64,000 nucleotides of DNA from an uncultured Nitrospiraceae bacterium (GCA_963727805.1 CAVSHF010000003.1:1856001-1920000); one strand, 5' to 3'; counted from the first letter of the stretch, positions 31,610 to 41,974 are shown. A program made the numbers and translations. The notes: generated by a model not told the origin, from the letters alone.

Positions 31610-31827
31610 CTGTCTATTCAGTCGCTCAATGCAATTGCCCGGAGGGATCAGACAATTCGAAAGTCTTTGATAACACTAAGTTCCATACACAGTTAGGGAA
31701 ATCCCAAAGATTTCTGCCGCCTCTTTCATCATGTAAATTACATTGCACGTTTGATGCCTGTTGCAACGGGCCGAGCCGGTATCCCTGCTCGGCCGCCGCA
31801 TTGGAGGGGTTGGAAGTCATCTTCCAT
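31610..31827 (-). ncRNA. Candidate sigma54-dependent sRNA (or structured long leader of amt)
   Basis: Own sigma54 promoter and boxes; three hairpins; two CCCUCC anti-SD motifs; no RBS-led ORF. 3' end uncertain. Confidence 0.5.
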
Positions 31828-31837
31828 TTTTCTATAT

Positions 31838-31853
31838 AGCCAGTTTCGTGCCA
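31838..31853 (-). promoter_or_regulatory. sigma54 promoter for the candidate sRNA
   Basis: TGGCAC-GAAAC-TGGCT; ACA-N4-TGT boxes at 31901 and 31919. Confidence 0.7.
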
Positions 31854-32081
31854 GAACGAAATCGCCTGTCTTCCAAGGCGTTAGACGATGTTCCATTCGC
31901 ACAATTCTGTAGAACAATACATATTTGTTGATTGCTGGTTTGTACGACTCTCGCCGTTTTTAAATGTCTTCTCTCTCTTACTTGCTTCTTCGCGGGCTGG
32001 GGTTTATATTAGGAGAAGGCACTTCTAAATTAAAAAAACTCCAAGATTCTGGAGATAATATGTTAGGCTGGAGGTCGTAAA

Positions 32082-33668
32082 ATGTCCCTAAAAACCAAGA
32101 TAGGACTCAGTTTTTTCCTCAGCGCCTCCATAATTGCAATCCTATCCTTATTTGAATACGTTAATTTCATGGAAATCATGGAACAGATAAAATACCTTGA
32201 AGTAACCGATACGATACGGAGTGACTCGCTGCAGATCCGTAGACACGAAAAAAATTTCTTCCTTTACCCCCTCCAGGAGAAAGAGGAGTCCGAAGCCATT
32301 CAGCAATATATCGTTCAGCTTAACAGCGTATTGAAGGAGAACTCAAAACTAGAGAAATCACATGAACTCACAAGGATGCAGCTTCTCATAAACGACTATG
32401 GGAAAAGGATGGAGAGAATTAAGCAGCTACTTGATAATGCGCGGGCCGGCTTTCGGCAGCTACAGCCATCCCATGCGAGGTATTCTAACTTTTTCCCATT
32501 AATTGAAACGGCATTAAATGATCAGCCGCTGAGAGCGGCAGAACTTTTAAAAAAGTCTTTTGGGGTGCCTCAATCCCATTCGCTGATAGAAACACTGCAG
32601 GAACTTGACTCTGAGATAAACCTCATCAGGAAGACCGGCGAGGACCTCATTTCTTCATCAAGAGATCTCGATAAGGTGGCCCGCAGCGAAGTCGACACCC
32701 TGATCCGCATATCACGAACTGAAATCATCGTATTCATGCTCCTGTTCTTCGTAAGTGGCATCACAACACTTTATCTGATCAACAGAAATGTAGTAAAGAG
32801 GCTGAAGTTGCTAATCGGCATTGTCGAGGGGACTGGACAGGGCCAGTTCCGACAGGTTGACGTCTCTTTGGGCAAATGGGACAACGATGAGGTCGGCATG
32901 CTGATCCGTGAATTCAACAACATGGAAAGGGAACTCCTTCAAAGAGAATCGGAGATTAATAGGAAGAACATGGAGCTGCTGCAGAGCAAGAAGCTCGCTG
33001 CCATCGGGACACTGGCCGCAGGAGTCGCTCATGAGCTGAACAACCCCCTCAACAATATCTACCTGTCCGTTCAAGTGCTAAAAAGAATGGCCGGAGATAA
33101 TTGTCCCGAATCGATAAATGAGATTGTTGAAGACATTACCACCCAGTCGACGCGTGTCAAGCACATCGTCGGGGAGCTCCTCGAATTTGCGAGAGGCAAG
33201 GAACCTAATCTTGCTCAGATCGGACTGAAAGACCTTATTGCGAAGGCCTATAAATCAGTAAGCGCCATAACGAACACCAATTCCGTCCGCTTCTCTGTTA
33301 AATCGGACTTGGATGAAATATCAATCGAAGCTGATCCCGATCAACTGGAGCAGGTATTTATCAATCTGTTTCATAACGCTGTCGAAGCCATGTCGGGAAC
33401 CGGGAATCTAAAGGTGGACATAGATTCCCAGGCGGCTAACGTAAGGATCAGGGTTTCGGATACCGGCCCTGGAATACCGCCCGATACCATTGAACGGCTC
33501 TTCGAACCTTTCTTCACTACAAAAGACAAAGGCACCGGCCTCGGCCTCGCTATTGTTTTCAATTTAATACTTAAACATGAAGGTGACATTCGAGTGGAAA
33601 GCGAAGAGGGAAAAGGGACCACATTTATCATAACTCTGCCGAAAGGAAAAGACAGACATGGCATTTAG
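32082..33668 (+). CDS. Membrane sensor histidine kinase (NtrB/AtoS type)
   Basis: Two TM, HAMP, AAGVAHELNNPL, QVFINL, DTGPGI, FEPFFTTK, GTGLGL. Confidence 0.94.
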   Translation: MSLKTKIGLSFFLSASIIAILSLFEYVNFMEIMEQIKYLEVTDTIRSDSLQIRRHEKNFFLYPLQEKEESEAIQQYIVQLNSVLKENSKLEKSHELTRMQLLINDYGKRMERIKQLLDNARAGFRQLQPSHARYSNFFPLIETALNDQPLRAAELLKKSFGVPQSHSLIETLQELDSEINLIRKTGEDLISSSRDLDKVARSEVDTLIRISRTEIIVFMLLFFVSGITTLYLINRNVVKRLKLLIGIVEGTGQGQFRQVDVSLGKWDNDEVGMLIREFNNMERELLQRESEINRKNMELLQSKKLAAIGTLAAGVAHELNNPLNNIYLSVQVLKRMAGDNCPESINEIVEDITTQSTRVKHIVGELLEFARGKEPNLAQIGLKDLIAKAYKSVSAITNTNSVRFSVKSDLDEISIEADPDQLEQVFINLFHNAVEAMSGTGNLKVDIDSQAANVRIRVSDTGPGIPPDTIERLFEPFFTTKDKGTGLGLAIVFNLILKHEGDIRVESEEGKGTTFIITLPKGKDRHGI

Positions 33669-34989
33669 GATTCTCATAGCCGAAGACGAAGAAATCACGC
33701 TGAAACATCTCATCAACACCCTTAAAAAAGAAGGGTACAATGTTTCGGGCATGCAAAATGGACTAGATGCTTTGCGGATGATTGAAAAGGAAGATTTCGA
33801 TCTACTTATTACCGACATAAAAATGCCTGGCATGACAGGTATGGAGCTGTTGCCAATCGTCAAATCCAAATACCCTGATACCGAAGTGATTGTGATTACC
33901 GGTTTCGGGACTATTGGATCGGCTGTGGATGCGGTAAAAAAGGGGGCTGTCGACTATATAACCAAGCCTTTCGACCTCGACGAATTGATCATCAAGGTTA
34001 AAAAAATCTTCAACCAGAAACAGCTAAAGAAAGAGAATACGGCGTTAAAGGCCTTTATCGAGAGGGACAAGCACACGCATGTCGTATCGAAAAGCGAGAG
34101 CATCAAAAAGATACTCGATAGCATAGAGGGCCTGCGGGATTCCGACTGCAACGTCTTACTCACGGGGGAAAGCGGCGTTGGAAAAAACCTCTTCGCAAAG
34201 ATGATCCATTACACGGGAAGAAGGCAGCAGAAGCCTTTCCTGTCTATAAACTGTGCTACGCTTACCGAAAACCTCCTGGCCAGCGAGCTGTTCGGATACG
34301 AGAGGGGGGCATTCACCGGGGCGGTAAAGACAAAGCCGGGCCTTGTCGAAATCGCCGACACAGGCACCCTCTTCCTCGATGAAATAGCGGAGATGACAAC
34401 AAACTTACAGGCAAAACTTCTGAAAGTGATCGAAGAAGGGGAATTTTTCCGAGTGGGCGGAACAAAACCTCTTAAGGTAGATGTCAGGGTCATTGCGGCA
34501 ACCAACAGGAATATAAAGGAGTTCATTTCAGAGGGTAAATTCAGAGAAGACCTCTATTACCGCCTGAATATAATGGAGATCTTCATCCCTCCCTTGAGGG
34601 ACCACCGTGAAGACATCGAACCACTGAGCCTCTTTTTCCTCGAAAAGCATCTGCCTAAGTACAACAACAAGGTCAAGGGCTTCACAAAAGAGGCGATGGA
34701 TATCCTGAAGCACTACAGCTTTCCCGGTAATGTGAGGGAGCTTGAGAATATCATCGAAAGAGCGATAATCCTGGAAAAATCCCAGTTTATCACTCCCGGT
34801 AGCCTTCCACAGAGCCTGACAATGTTCCAGATCGAGACCATTGGTCCCAGCAATATCATATCCATCGAGGAAATGAGTAAGCGATATGCCGAAAAAGTGA
34901 TAGATATGGTCGGCGGGAACAGATCGAAGGCTGCCGAACTTTTAGGGATATCAAGAACCAGTCTCTGGAGAATACTCAAGGGAGAGTAG
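33658..34989 (+). CDS. sigma54-dependent response regulator (NtrC family)
   Basis: Receiver, GESGVGK, ELFGYERGAFTGA, LFLDE, FPGNVREL, Fis-type HTH. Confidence 0.96.
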   Translation: MAFRILIAEDEEITLKHLINTLKKEGYNVSGMQNGLDALRMIEKEDFDLLITDIKMPGMTGMELLPIVKSKYPDTEVIVITGFGTIGSAVDAVKKGAVDYITKPFDLDELIIKVKKIFNQKQLKKENTALKAFIERDKHTHVVSKSESIKKILDSIEGLRDSDCNVLLTGESGVGKNLFAKMIHYTGRRQQKPFLSINCATLTENLLASELFGYERGAFTGAVKTKPGLVEIADTGTLFLDEIAEMTTNLQAKLLKVIEEGEFFRVGGTKPLKVDVRVIAATNRNIKEFISEGKFREDLYYRLNIMEIFIPPLRDHREDIEPLSLFFLEKHLPKYNNKVKGFTKEAMDILKHYSFPGNVRELENIIERAIILEKSQFITPGSLPQSLTMFQIETIGPSNIISIEEMSKRYAEKVIDMVGGNRSKAAELLGISRTSLWRILKGE

Positions 34990-34993
34990 ATCA

Positions 34994-35216
34994 GTTCCAA
35001 ATTGAAACAGCCCCGCTTTTTTTTCTAATTTAGACGCTCTACCTGTGAAGTCCGCGAATCCTTGATTGCAAACATGCACCAGTAAAGTTATGTCTTTAAG
35101 GCTCCCCATTTTTGTACGCCTGGTCAGAGCCGTTCATATTTGAAACAGCCCCCAATTCCTTCAAGTCATAATTATCATTTATTATCAATAGCTTATATTT
35201 AGGCACCATTATTGCT
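34994..35216 (+). promoter_or_regulatory. sigma54 promoter with enhancer boxes and IHF site for the TSUP operon
   Basis: GTTCCAAATTGAAAC (34994) and GTTCATATTTGAAAC (35132); TATCAATAGCTTA IHF consensus (35183); AGGCAC-CATTA-TTGCT (35201). Confidence 0.75.
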
Positions 35217-35285
35217 ATCCTCATTATGACTTCTAAAATTGCCCCTTAATTTACAATGGGCAGAGGATGTAAGGAGGGAATTGGA

Positions 35286-35780
35286 TTGAGACAGATTTTG
35301 TTTGTGACTTATGATGATGAGCGTTTTGAGGAAGGACTACCCTACGCCATCGACCTTTCCAAGACCATGAAGGGAAACCTGAATGTCGTCCTGGTATATA
35401 AGAACGGCAAGCCGAACAAATTTGAGGATTTTATGTCTGCAATTACATTTGCCGAAGCCGGCGAACCAGACACAGCCAAGCAGATAATCGCCGAAGGTGA
35501 TGAAAAGTCTCGGGAATTCGAGATGAAATACCGGACGGTTGTAGAAAAGTGCGGAGTAGCCGGTGTCAGCGTAAATGTCACGACTGTAGAAGCAGATGTC
35601 TATCCGGCACTAAGGAGCCTGCTCAAACAGGGTTCAAACCTTGATATGGTGCTGCTGGCCCCTAATGTCACCGACAAGGAACATCTTTCGCCGAGGGAAT
35701 TAAAGAAGCTCCTCAGCACGCCATCCACACGGATAGTAACAATGGGGCGACACGCTTTTTCGGGCGCCGAGACAGCTTAA
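35286..35780 (+). CDS. Hypothetical protein, degenerate USP-like fold
   Basis: ILFVTYD..LPYAIDL..LDMVLL pattern; TTG start after AAGGAGG. Confidence 0.7.
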   Translation: MRQILFVTYDDERFEEGLPYAIDLSKTMKGNLNVVLVYKNGKPNKFEDFMSAITFAEAGEPDTAKQIIAEGDEKSREFEMKYRTVVEKCGVAGVSVNVTTVEADVYPALRSLLKQGSNLDMVLLAPNVTDKEHLSPRELKKLLSTPSTRIVTMGRHAFSGAETA

Positions 35781-35807
35781 GGAATAAAAATAGTTAAGGA
35801 GGATTAG

Positions 35808-36725
35808 ATGTATCTCTATTTGCCGGTAGCACTCACAAGCATCAATATATTAGTACCGATAGGCCTCGGCCTTGCTGTGGGCCTGTTATCAGGTCTGTTC
35901 GGCGTAGGCGGCGGTTTCCTAATGACACCTCTGCTGATCATGTTCGGCATACCGTCGACAGTTGCCGCTGCCACGGACTCGAACCAGATAGTCGCTGCCT
36001 CTACGTCAGGCACGTATGCTCATTGGAGGGTCGGCAACGTAGACTTCAAGATGGGCCTCTATCTTCTTGCGGGCGGGTTTGTCGGTGGACTTCTGGGTGT
36101 AGAGGGCATTAAGATGCTCAGGGCAACCGGCAATGCGGGATTCGTTATCAAGATAACCTATGTGCTGATGCTTGGGATAGTGGGGACTTATATGTTCATA
36201 GAAAGCATCCAGAGCATGAGAAAAAAGAAGACGGAAGAAGTGGTTGTCGAAAAGGAAACCCGTATAGGCACATTTTTGAAGTCGCTTCCGCTTCAGACGC
36301 GCTTTGAGAAGTCGGGCGTGACCCATTCGGTCATAGTCCCAATCTTTCTCGGCTGTGTTGTTGGGATACTCGCCGCCATAATGGGCGTGGGCGGTGGATT
36401 CCTGATGGTGCCCATAATGTTCTACATCCTGCGCATGCCCATGCATGTCATCGTTGGCACGAGTCTTTTCCAGATTCTGTTTACATGTATAGAGGTCACG
36501 TTTCTCCAGTCGTACACAAACCATACGGTCGATTTCACACTCGCCGTGTTGCTGCTGCTTGGCTCTACCATTGGCGCCCAGGTCGGCGCGATCTTTGGTC
36601 GTAAGCTAAAAGGGGAGCAGCTTAAGATACTCTTGGCCGTAATTGTGCTTGTTGTAACTGTAAAAATAGTCTTCGAGCTCACTTTGAGCCCCTCACTCCT
36701 TTTATCACAGGCAGGAGGCCACTAA
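35808..36725 (+). CDS. TSUP / TauE-SafE family permease
   Basis: Two GLFGVGGGFL / IMGVGGGFL repeats; about 8 TM helices. Confidence 0.93.
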   Translation: MYLYLPVALTSINILVPIGLGLAVGLLSGLFGVGGGFLMTPLLIMFGIPSTVAAATDSNQIVAASTSGTYAHWRVGNVDFKMGLYLLAGGFVGGLLGVEGIKMLRATGNAGFVIKITYVLMLGIVGTYMFIESIQSMRKKKTEEVVVEKETRIGTFLKSLPLQTRFEKSGVTHSVIVPIFLGCVVGILAAIMGVGGGFLMVPIMFYILRMPMHVIVGTSLFQILFTCIEVTFLQSYTNHTVDFTLAVLLLLGSTIGAQVGAIFGRKLKGEQLKILLAVIVLVVTVKIVFELTLSPSLLLSQAGGH

Positions 36726-37513
36726 TGCAATACTTAAGACACTCCAAAAAGGTACTCTTGCTTATCAAACTTGTCCTGCTCACATTTTTGTGTCCTTTTG
36801 CTGACGATGCTTATGCTAATCTGACTGCCAAGGCCAACCACGACCATATTACGATCGACTCTTTCTATCATGGCAGCACGGTCAGCATCAGGGGAACAGC
36901 CGAACCGGGGATGGACCTGATCATCAAAGTAAGCTCTGAAGATACCCGCCAGTCATTGCGCCAGAAGGGCAAGGTGGCAGGATTGCTGTGGATGACGGTC
37001 GGAGAGCTCGAACTAGATCACGTTCCTAATGTATATGAAGTATACAGCACGAAAAATATCGACGACATCCTGAACAAGGATGAAATTGACCGGTACGGCC
37101 TCGGGTATCAGGCGATCGAAAGACGTGCATCTATGAATGTATCCGGCGAGGAGAGAACAAAGTGGTTTAACGAATTCGTAAAGTTCAAGGAAGCTTCAAG
37201 CCTTTATTCCACTTCTACGGGGAAGATATCAGTTGCGGATAAAGATGGAAAGCAATCTTATTACATATTGACGCAATGGCCCTATCAGGCGCCTCCCAAT
37301 AACTATACTGTAACGGTTTATGCTGTGAAAAATGGAAAGGTCATCGAAACCGCCTTGGACCATGTCCTTGTGGAACAGGTCGGAGTTGTTAAATCTCTCG
37401 CTGCAATGGCGCACAATAACGGTGCCGTCTATGGTCTTATATCGATCATCGCGGCGCTCGGAGCCGGCTTTGGAGTGGGGTTGGTATTCACAAAGCAGGG
37501 AGGAGCTCATTAA
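36725..37513 (+). CDS. TIGR02186-family membrane-anchored protein
   Basis: Signal peptide, ITIDSFYHG, KGKVAGLLW, C-terminal TM; usual partner of this TSUP type. Confidence 0.82.
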   Translation: MQYLRHSKKVLLLIKLVLLTFLCPFADDAYANLTAKANHDHITIDSFYHGSTVSIRGTAEPGMDLIIKVSSEDTRQSLRQKGKVAGLLWMTVGELELDHVPNVYEVYSTKNIDDILNKDEIDRYGLGYQAIERRASMNVSGEERTKWFNEFVKFKEASSLYSTSTGKISVADKDGKQSYYILTQWPYQAPPNNYTVTVYAVKNGKVIETALDHVLVEQVGVVKSLAAMAHNNGAVYGLISIIAALGAGFGVGLVFTKQGGAH

Positions 37514-37514
37514 C

Positions 37515-38375
37515 ATGTATGAAAACATAGTAATCGCATTCGACGGATCTGAATTCAGCCGGGCCGCCCTCCTGGAGTCTGCGAAATGGGTCCGGAGACA
37601 CGGCGGCAAAGCTGTCCTAGTACACGCCGTATTCTTCGATGAGCAGGAATACGCCATCGCCCCTGAACAGAGGGAAATGCGTTTTGAAGTCGGGAAGAAG
37701 GTATGCTTCCAGACAAAGGACACGGCCTCTGCCGAATTCGGGCTGAACGGCAACATGGAAGCATTGGTATGCGAAGGCGAGCCTCACGAAGTAATTGTAG
37801 ACATCGCAGGCTCCAAGAATGCCGACCTGATAGCAATGGGGACCCACGGAAGCAAGGGGTTAAAGAAGCTCTTCATGGGCAGCGTGGCATCGAGGGTAAT
37901 CCAGAGTTCTCCATGCGATGTCTTAGTCGTAAAACCATCACACGATGGTCCTGAGAAATACGGATCGGTCCTCCTCTCCTACGACAGCACGAAATTCAGC
38001 CAAAAAGCCCTTGGACGGGCCTGTGAACTGGCAAAGACTGAAGGTGCCGAAATAACCGCGCTATACGTTATCCCGAGATATGAGGAGATGATCGAGTTTT
38101 TTTTGTCGAACGTCATCAGGGAGAATCTCCTGCAGGATGCTCGCAGAATCATGAAGAGCGCGGTCGAGATGGCATCAAAGTTGGGTGTAACTATCAAAAC
38201 CGAAATAACAGAGGGAAATGAATCCGACCGGATCGCCGAAACCGCTCGGAGACTGAATAGCGATCTGATCATCAGAGGAACCCACGGTTGGAGCGGCATC
38301 AACAAGGCTATAATCGGCAGTGTAATCGAGAATGTCATTGTTAGCTCTCCATGTCCTGTGCTGGTTGTGAGGTGA
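37515..38375 (+). CDS. Tandem universal stress protein
   Basis: IVIAFDGS, DLIAMGTHG, MGSVA, PCDVLVV, then a second USP domain. Confidence 0.92.
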   Translation: MYENIVIAFDGSEFSRAALLESAKWVRRHGGKAVLVHAVFFDEQEYAIAPEQREMRFEVGKKVCFQTKDTASAEFGLNGNMEALVCEGEPHEVIVDIAGSKNADLIAMGTHGSKGLKKLFMGSVASRVIQSSPCDVLVVKPSHDGPEKYGSVLLSYDSTKFSQKALGRACELAKTEGAEITALYVIPRYEEMIEFFLSNVIRENLLQDARRIMKSAVEMASKLGVTIKTEITEGNESDRIAETARRLNSDLIIRGTHGWSGINKAIIGSVIENVIVSSPCPVLVVR

Positions 38376-38379
38376 AGAA

Positions 38380-38799
38380 ATGAAAGGGTATAGAAAAGTG
38401 CTTGTTGCGGTAAACGGAAACAAAGGTGTGCTGAACTACGGGATAAATCTTGCCGGGGATGAAAAGACCTGGCTTACTGTCGTCAAGGTCATTCCGGCCT
38501 ATGAAGGAGATATCAACCTGACGGGTATCAAAAAAATTGAAGATGTATTGGACAGTGGCGGCAGGCAGGCCATAAAGGAAATCGAGGCCATCGCGCAGAC
38601 AACTGGAGCATTGATCAAGACAAGACTTGAAGAAGGCGATGTATCCGGCAGGATTGTAGAGGTTGCCCAAGAGGAACGTTGCGACCTGATCGTAATGGGC
38701 GCACCGAAGAAAAAGTGGTACAGGAAGATATTGGGAGACAATGCGGTCGAAAAAGTCATCGCCGGGGCATCATGCCCCGTCCTTGTAGTGGGCGTTTAG
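38380..38799 (+). CDS. Universal stress protein
   Basis: KVLVAV, DLIVMG, CPVLVV. Confidence 0.9.
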   Translation: MKGYRKVLVAVNGNKGVLNYGINLAGDEKTWLTVVKVIPAYEGDINLTGIKKIEDVLDSGGRQAIKEIEAIAQTTGALIKTRLEEGDVSGRIVEVAQEERCDLIVMGAPKKKWYRKILGDNAVEKVIAGASCPVLVVGV

Positions 38800-39206
38800 T
38801 CGAAGTCCAAAGCTGTAATTAAGGGAAGCTCCGAACGGTAGCCTAAAAATATAACCAGTGCATTACAAACAACAGCGGCGATAATAGCCGGCTTGTACTC
38901 ACCTTTCCCTCCTGATAGTCATGCTGGGGTTGTCCGACAGCAATTTGCGCTGTCGCTGCAACCGCGTCTGCAGCATGTACAGAGAAAGCCACCTCCGCAG
39001 GCGGTTGTTTTTAGCGCCCAGCATCCTTTCGACCAGATTCCAGGCGTGGTGTTGGTGACAGTCGGGTATACCGGTAGCCAGAAACTTAACCCCACTTAGG
39101 TTTTACAGCATTAACGGAAAAAAATAAAAAAGCAATAACGGTAATGCTAAAATAAACCATGGACCAAAAGGCGATATCAAAGTTCGCCGGGGCATGAGGA
39201 GAAACG

Positions 39207-40064
39207 ATGAAGGTATATATCGATGGGAAATATTATGAACGCGGTGAGGCTATGATATCGGTATTCGATCATGGCCTGCTTTACGGCGACGGTGTATTTG
39301 AAGGGATACGCATCTATAAAGGGAAGGTCTTCAAGCTTAAGGAGCATATAGAAAGGCTTTATCAGAGTGCAAAGACTATTTTGCTCGACATCCCGATCAG
39401 TCGTGCTGAGATGGAAAATGCGACCATTGAAGCAGTGCATGAAAACGCAAAGGAAGACGGCTACATCCGTCTTGTCGTAACACGCGGAGAAGGCCCTCTC
39501 GGGCTTGATCCGGCCCAGTGTGCAAAGCCGAAGATCATTATCATCGTGGGCGACATTCAGCTCTATGCGCAGGAATATTATGAAAAGGGCATCGCTGTCG
39601 TTACGGCGGCATCCCGCCGCATGCCCGCGGACAGCCTCGACCCAAGGGTAAAATCCCTCAATTATCTGAATAACGTCATGGCCAAAATCGAGGCAAAGCA
39701 GGCAGGATGTCTCGAAGCCGTCTTGCTGAATCACGAAGGTTATGTTACGGAATGTACGGCTGACAATATCTTCATCGTGAAGGATGGGACGCTGCTCACG
39801 CCTGCTGCACACTACGGTGCGCTTGACGGGATCACAAGGATGACGGTGATGAATCTAGCGCCATCCTGCGGCATTGCCTCGCGCGAAACAGCCCTGACTC
39901 GCTACGATCTCTACACCGCCGATGAATGTTTCATGACCGGCACCGGGGCTGAAATCATGCCGGTTACCAAGATAGACGGAAGAGTAGTAGGAAACGGCAA
40001 TCCAGGACCTGCGACAAAAAGGCTTATCGAAGGATTCAAAAAACACATTTCAATGCAAAAATAA
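39207..40064 (+). CDS. ilvE: Branched-chain amino acid aminotransferase
   Basis: DHGLLYGDGVFEGIR, KSLNY, LDGITR, ADECFMTGTGAE. Confidence 0.94.
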   Translation: MKVYIDGKYYERGEAMISVFDHGLLYGDGVFEGIRIYKGKVFKLKEHIERLYQSAKTILLDIPISRAEMENATIEAVHENAKEDGYIRLVVTRGEGPLGLDPAQCAKPKIIIIVGDIQLYAQEYYEKGIAVVTAASRRMPADSLDPRVKSLNYLNNVMAKIEAKQAGCLEAVLLNHEGYVTECTADNIFIVKDGTLLTPAAHYGALDGITRMTVMNLAPSCGIASRETALTRYDLYTADECFMTGTGAEIMPVTKIDGRVVGNGNPGPATKRLIEGFKKHISMQK

Positions 40065-40076
40065 CGCTGGTAGGCC

Positions 40077-40985
40077 TTATCCTTCAAAATATCTCAGCTC
40101 AACCTTCTTGCGCCCGGCAACGGTCTCGTACGATTCGCTGGGATATCCGAGCGCGATTACCGCATAAACAGTCTCATCGGCTGGAATACCTATCGACAGC
40201 TTGATCTGCGGCGCCTCCTTTATTGCAGAAACCGCGAAGCCGATGAGGCATGAGCCTAGCCCCATGCTGTGAGCGGCTAGCAAGATGTTCTGCGTAGCCA
40301 GAAGGGAGTCTTCAGCCGGACAGGTAGCTCCGGGCTTTGAGCCTATAATTATCGCGGCTGCGGCGCCGTGAAACAACTTGTCTTTTCCGGAACCTTCCCA
40401 TTGTTCAATCGCTTTTCTAACTATCGGATAATGGTCCCGATAATACTTTTCCAACTCACCCTTGCCTATTAGTTTAAGCACCGTGCGAAGAAATGTTTTC
40501 TCAGCCATGGCATTCAGTTTCTTAAAGAAGGAGGAAATATGATTCGCAAAAACCATGACGGCTGTTCTTGTCGGCACTATGGTGAAGGTCCATTTTTGGC
40601 TGTTTGTTCCGGACGGTGCTGTGATACCTATCTTCGCTAGGTCTGTAAGTATCGAACGGTCAACCGGCCGGTCAACAAAGTTCCGGCACGAGCGGCGGGA
40701 AGCCATGAGCCTGACCAGGTTGACGATATCATATTGTCCGCGCGGCAGCCATGTTCTGTCAGCGGCGAAGGTTGTATACTCTCCCATCCCTTCGTCGAGA
40801 GCTGGAATTCGAATCGCAGCCTGCGGACAGGCCGCCGCACAATGTCCACAGGAGATGCAAGTCTCTCCCTTGAACTCGACCTGACCACCGATCAACAAAA
40901 TGTTCTCAAACGGACAGACATCACTGCATACACCACAGCCAGAGCAGCGGTCTAAATCTATCATTACAGGCATATTTTCAGCCAT
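40077..40985 (-). CDS. Nitroreductase fused to 2x[4Fe-4S] ferredoxin
   Basis: CSGCGVCSDVCP, CISCGHCAAACP, RRSCR, APSGTN, GLGSC. Confidence 0.92.
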   Translation of the reverse strand: MAENMPVMIDLDRCSGCGVCSDVCPFENILLIGGQVEFKGETCISCGHCAAACPQAAIRIPALDEGMGEYTTFAADRTWLPRGQYDIVNLVRLMASRRSCRNFVDRPVDRSILTDLAKIGITAPSGTNSQKWTFTIVPTRTAVMVFANHISSFFKKLNAMAEKTFLRTVLKLIGKGELEKYYRDHYPIVRKAIEQWEGSGKDKLFHGAAAAIIIGSKPGATCPAEDSLLATQNILLAAHSMGLGSCLIGFAVSAIKEAPQIKLSIGIPADETVYAVIALGYPSESYETVAGRKKVELRYFEG

Positions 40986-41044
40986 CTTTCAATCCCGACT
41001 TCTACTACGGAGATGGCCCTGGCGAGTCATCTCCGTCCTACTCA

Positions 41045-41953
41045 TTAAGGCGGACATTTGCCGCATACAGAAGTAAATAGGGCCGTTGAGAGATATCTGT
41101 CTCCGCGATCAGGCAGAACTACTACGATAACCCCTTCACTCATTTCGCTCGACCTCTTCAACGCAACTTGCATGGCTGCGCCGCTCGACATTCCCATAAA
41201 GAGGCCTTCTTTGATGGCAAGCATCCTGGTGGTATCGAAAGCAGCCTCGTCGGTGACAATATGACATTCATCCAGCCTGGAAGGATCGAATATCTTCGGG
41301 ATGATGCTCTCGGTCATGTTTTTCAAACCCTGGATCCTGTGACCTTTTACCGGCTCGACTCCGATAATATATACCTTTGCGTTGAACTCTTTCAGCCTCT
41401 TGCTGACACCCATAAGCGTTCCGGTGGTACCCATCCCTGCGATGAAATGAGTGACCTTCCCCTGGGTTTGCTCGATGATTTCGCGCCCCGTAGTTTCATA
41501 GTGGGCCAGAACATTTGCTGGATTATCGAATTGATTGGGCATAAAGTAGCGATCGGGACTTTCGGCCATAATCCTGTGTGCTAGGCGTATTGCCCCATCG
41601 GTGCCCTCGTTGGCAGGGCTCAGTATGAGTTCCGCACCGAAGGCCTCGAGTACCTTTCTTCTTTCAACGCTCACGCAGGCGGGCATGGTTAGTTTTACAC
41701 GGTATTTCTTCGCAGCACCGATCATTGCAAGCCCGATTCCCGTATTGCCTGACGTGGCTTCAAGGATGATCTTGTCACGTGTAAGAAGGCCCTCCTGTTC
41801 AGCGCTGCGAAGCATATAAAAAGCGATACGGTCCTTTATTGAGCCGCCCGGATTATTGCCTTCGAGCTTTGCCAGAATCCGGACATTGGGGTTGGGATTG
41901 ATATTATCGATACTGACTAGAGGGGTATTTCCAACGCAGTCAAAAACTCCCAT
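41045..41953 (-). CDS. cysM: Cysteine synthase (CysM/CysK family)
   Basis: GNTPLV, NPGGSIKDR, ATSGNTG, GMGTTGT, DRGDRYLS. Confidence 0.9.
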   Translation of the reverse strand: MGVFDCVGNTPLVSIDNINPNPNVRILAKLEGNNPGGSIKDRIAFYMLRSAEQEGLLTRDKIILEATSGNTGIGLAMIGAAKKYRVKLTMPACVSVERRKVLEAFGAELILSPANEGTDGAIRLAHRIMAESPDRYFMPNQFDNPANVLAHYETTGREIIEQTQGKVTHFIAGMGTTGTLMGVSKRLKEFNAKVYIIGVEPVKGHRIQGLKNMTESIIPKIFDPSRLDECHIVTDEAAFDTTRMLAIKEGLFMGMSSGAAMQVALKRSSEMSEGVIVVVLPDRGDRYLSTALFTSVCGKCPP

Positions 41954-41974
41954 TTATCGCTCCTCCATAACATT

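Noticed and set aside
31626..31820. 64-aa ORF as a protein
   Set aside because: No SD and no recognisable motif; its start sits in a hairpin at the predicted 5' end. RNA function fits better, though not excluded.
38800..39200. Cys-rich 58-aa minus-strand ORF or T-box leader before ilvE
   Set aside because: No RBS, no recognisable family and no T-box consensus seen.
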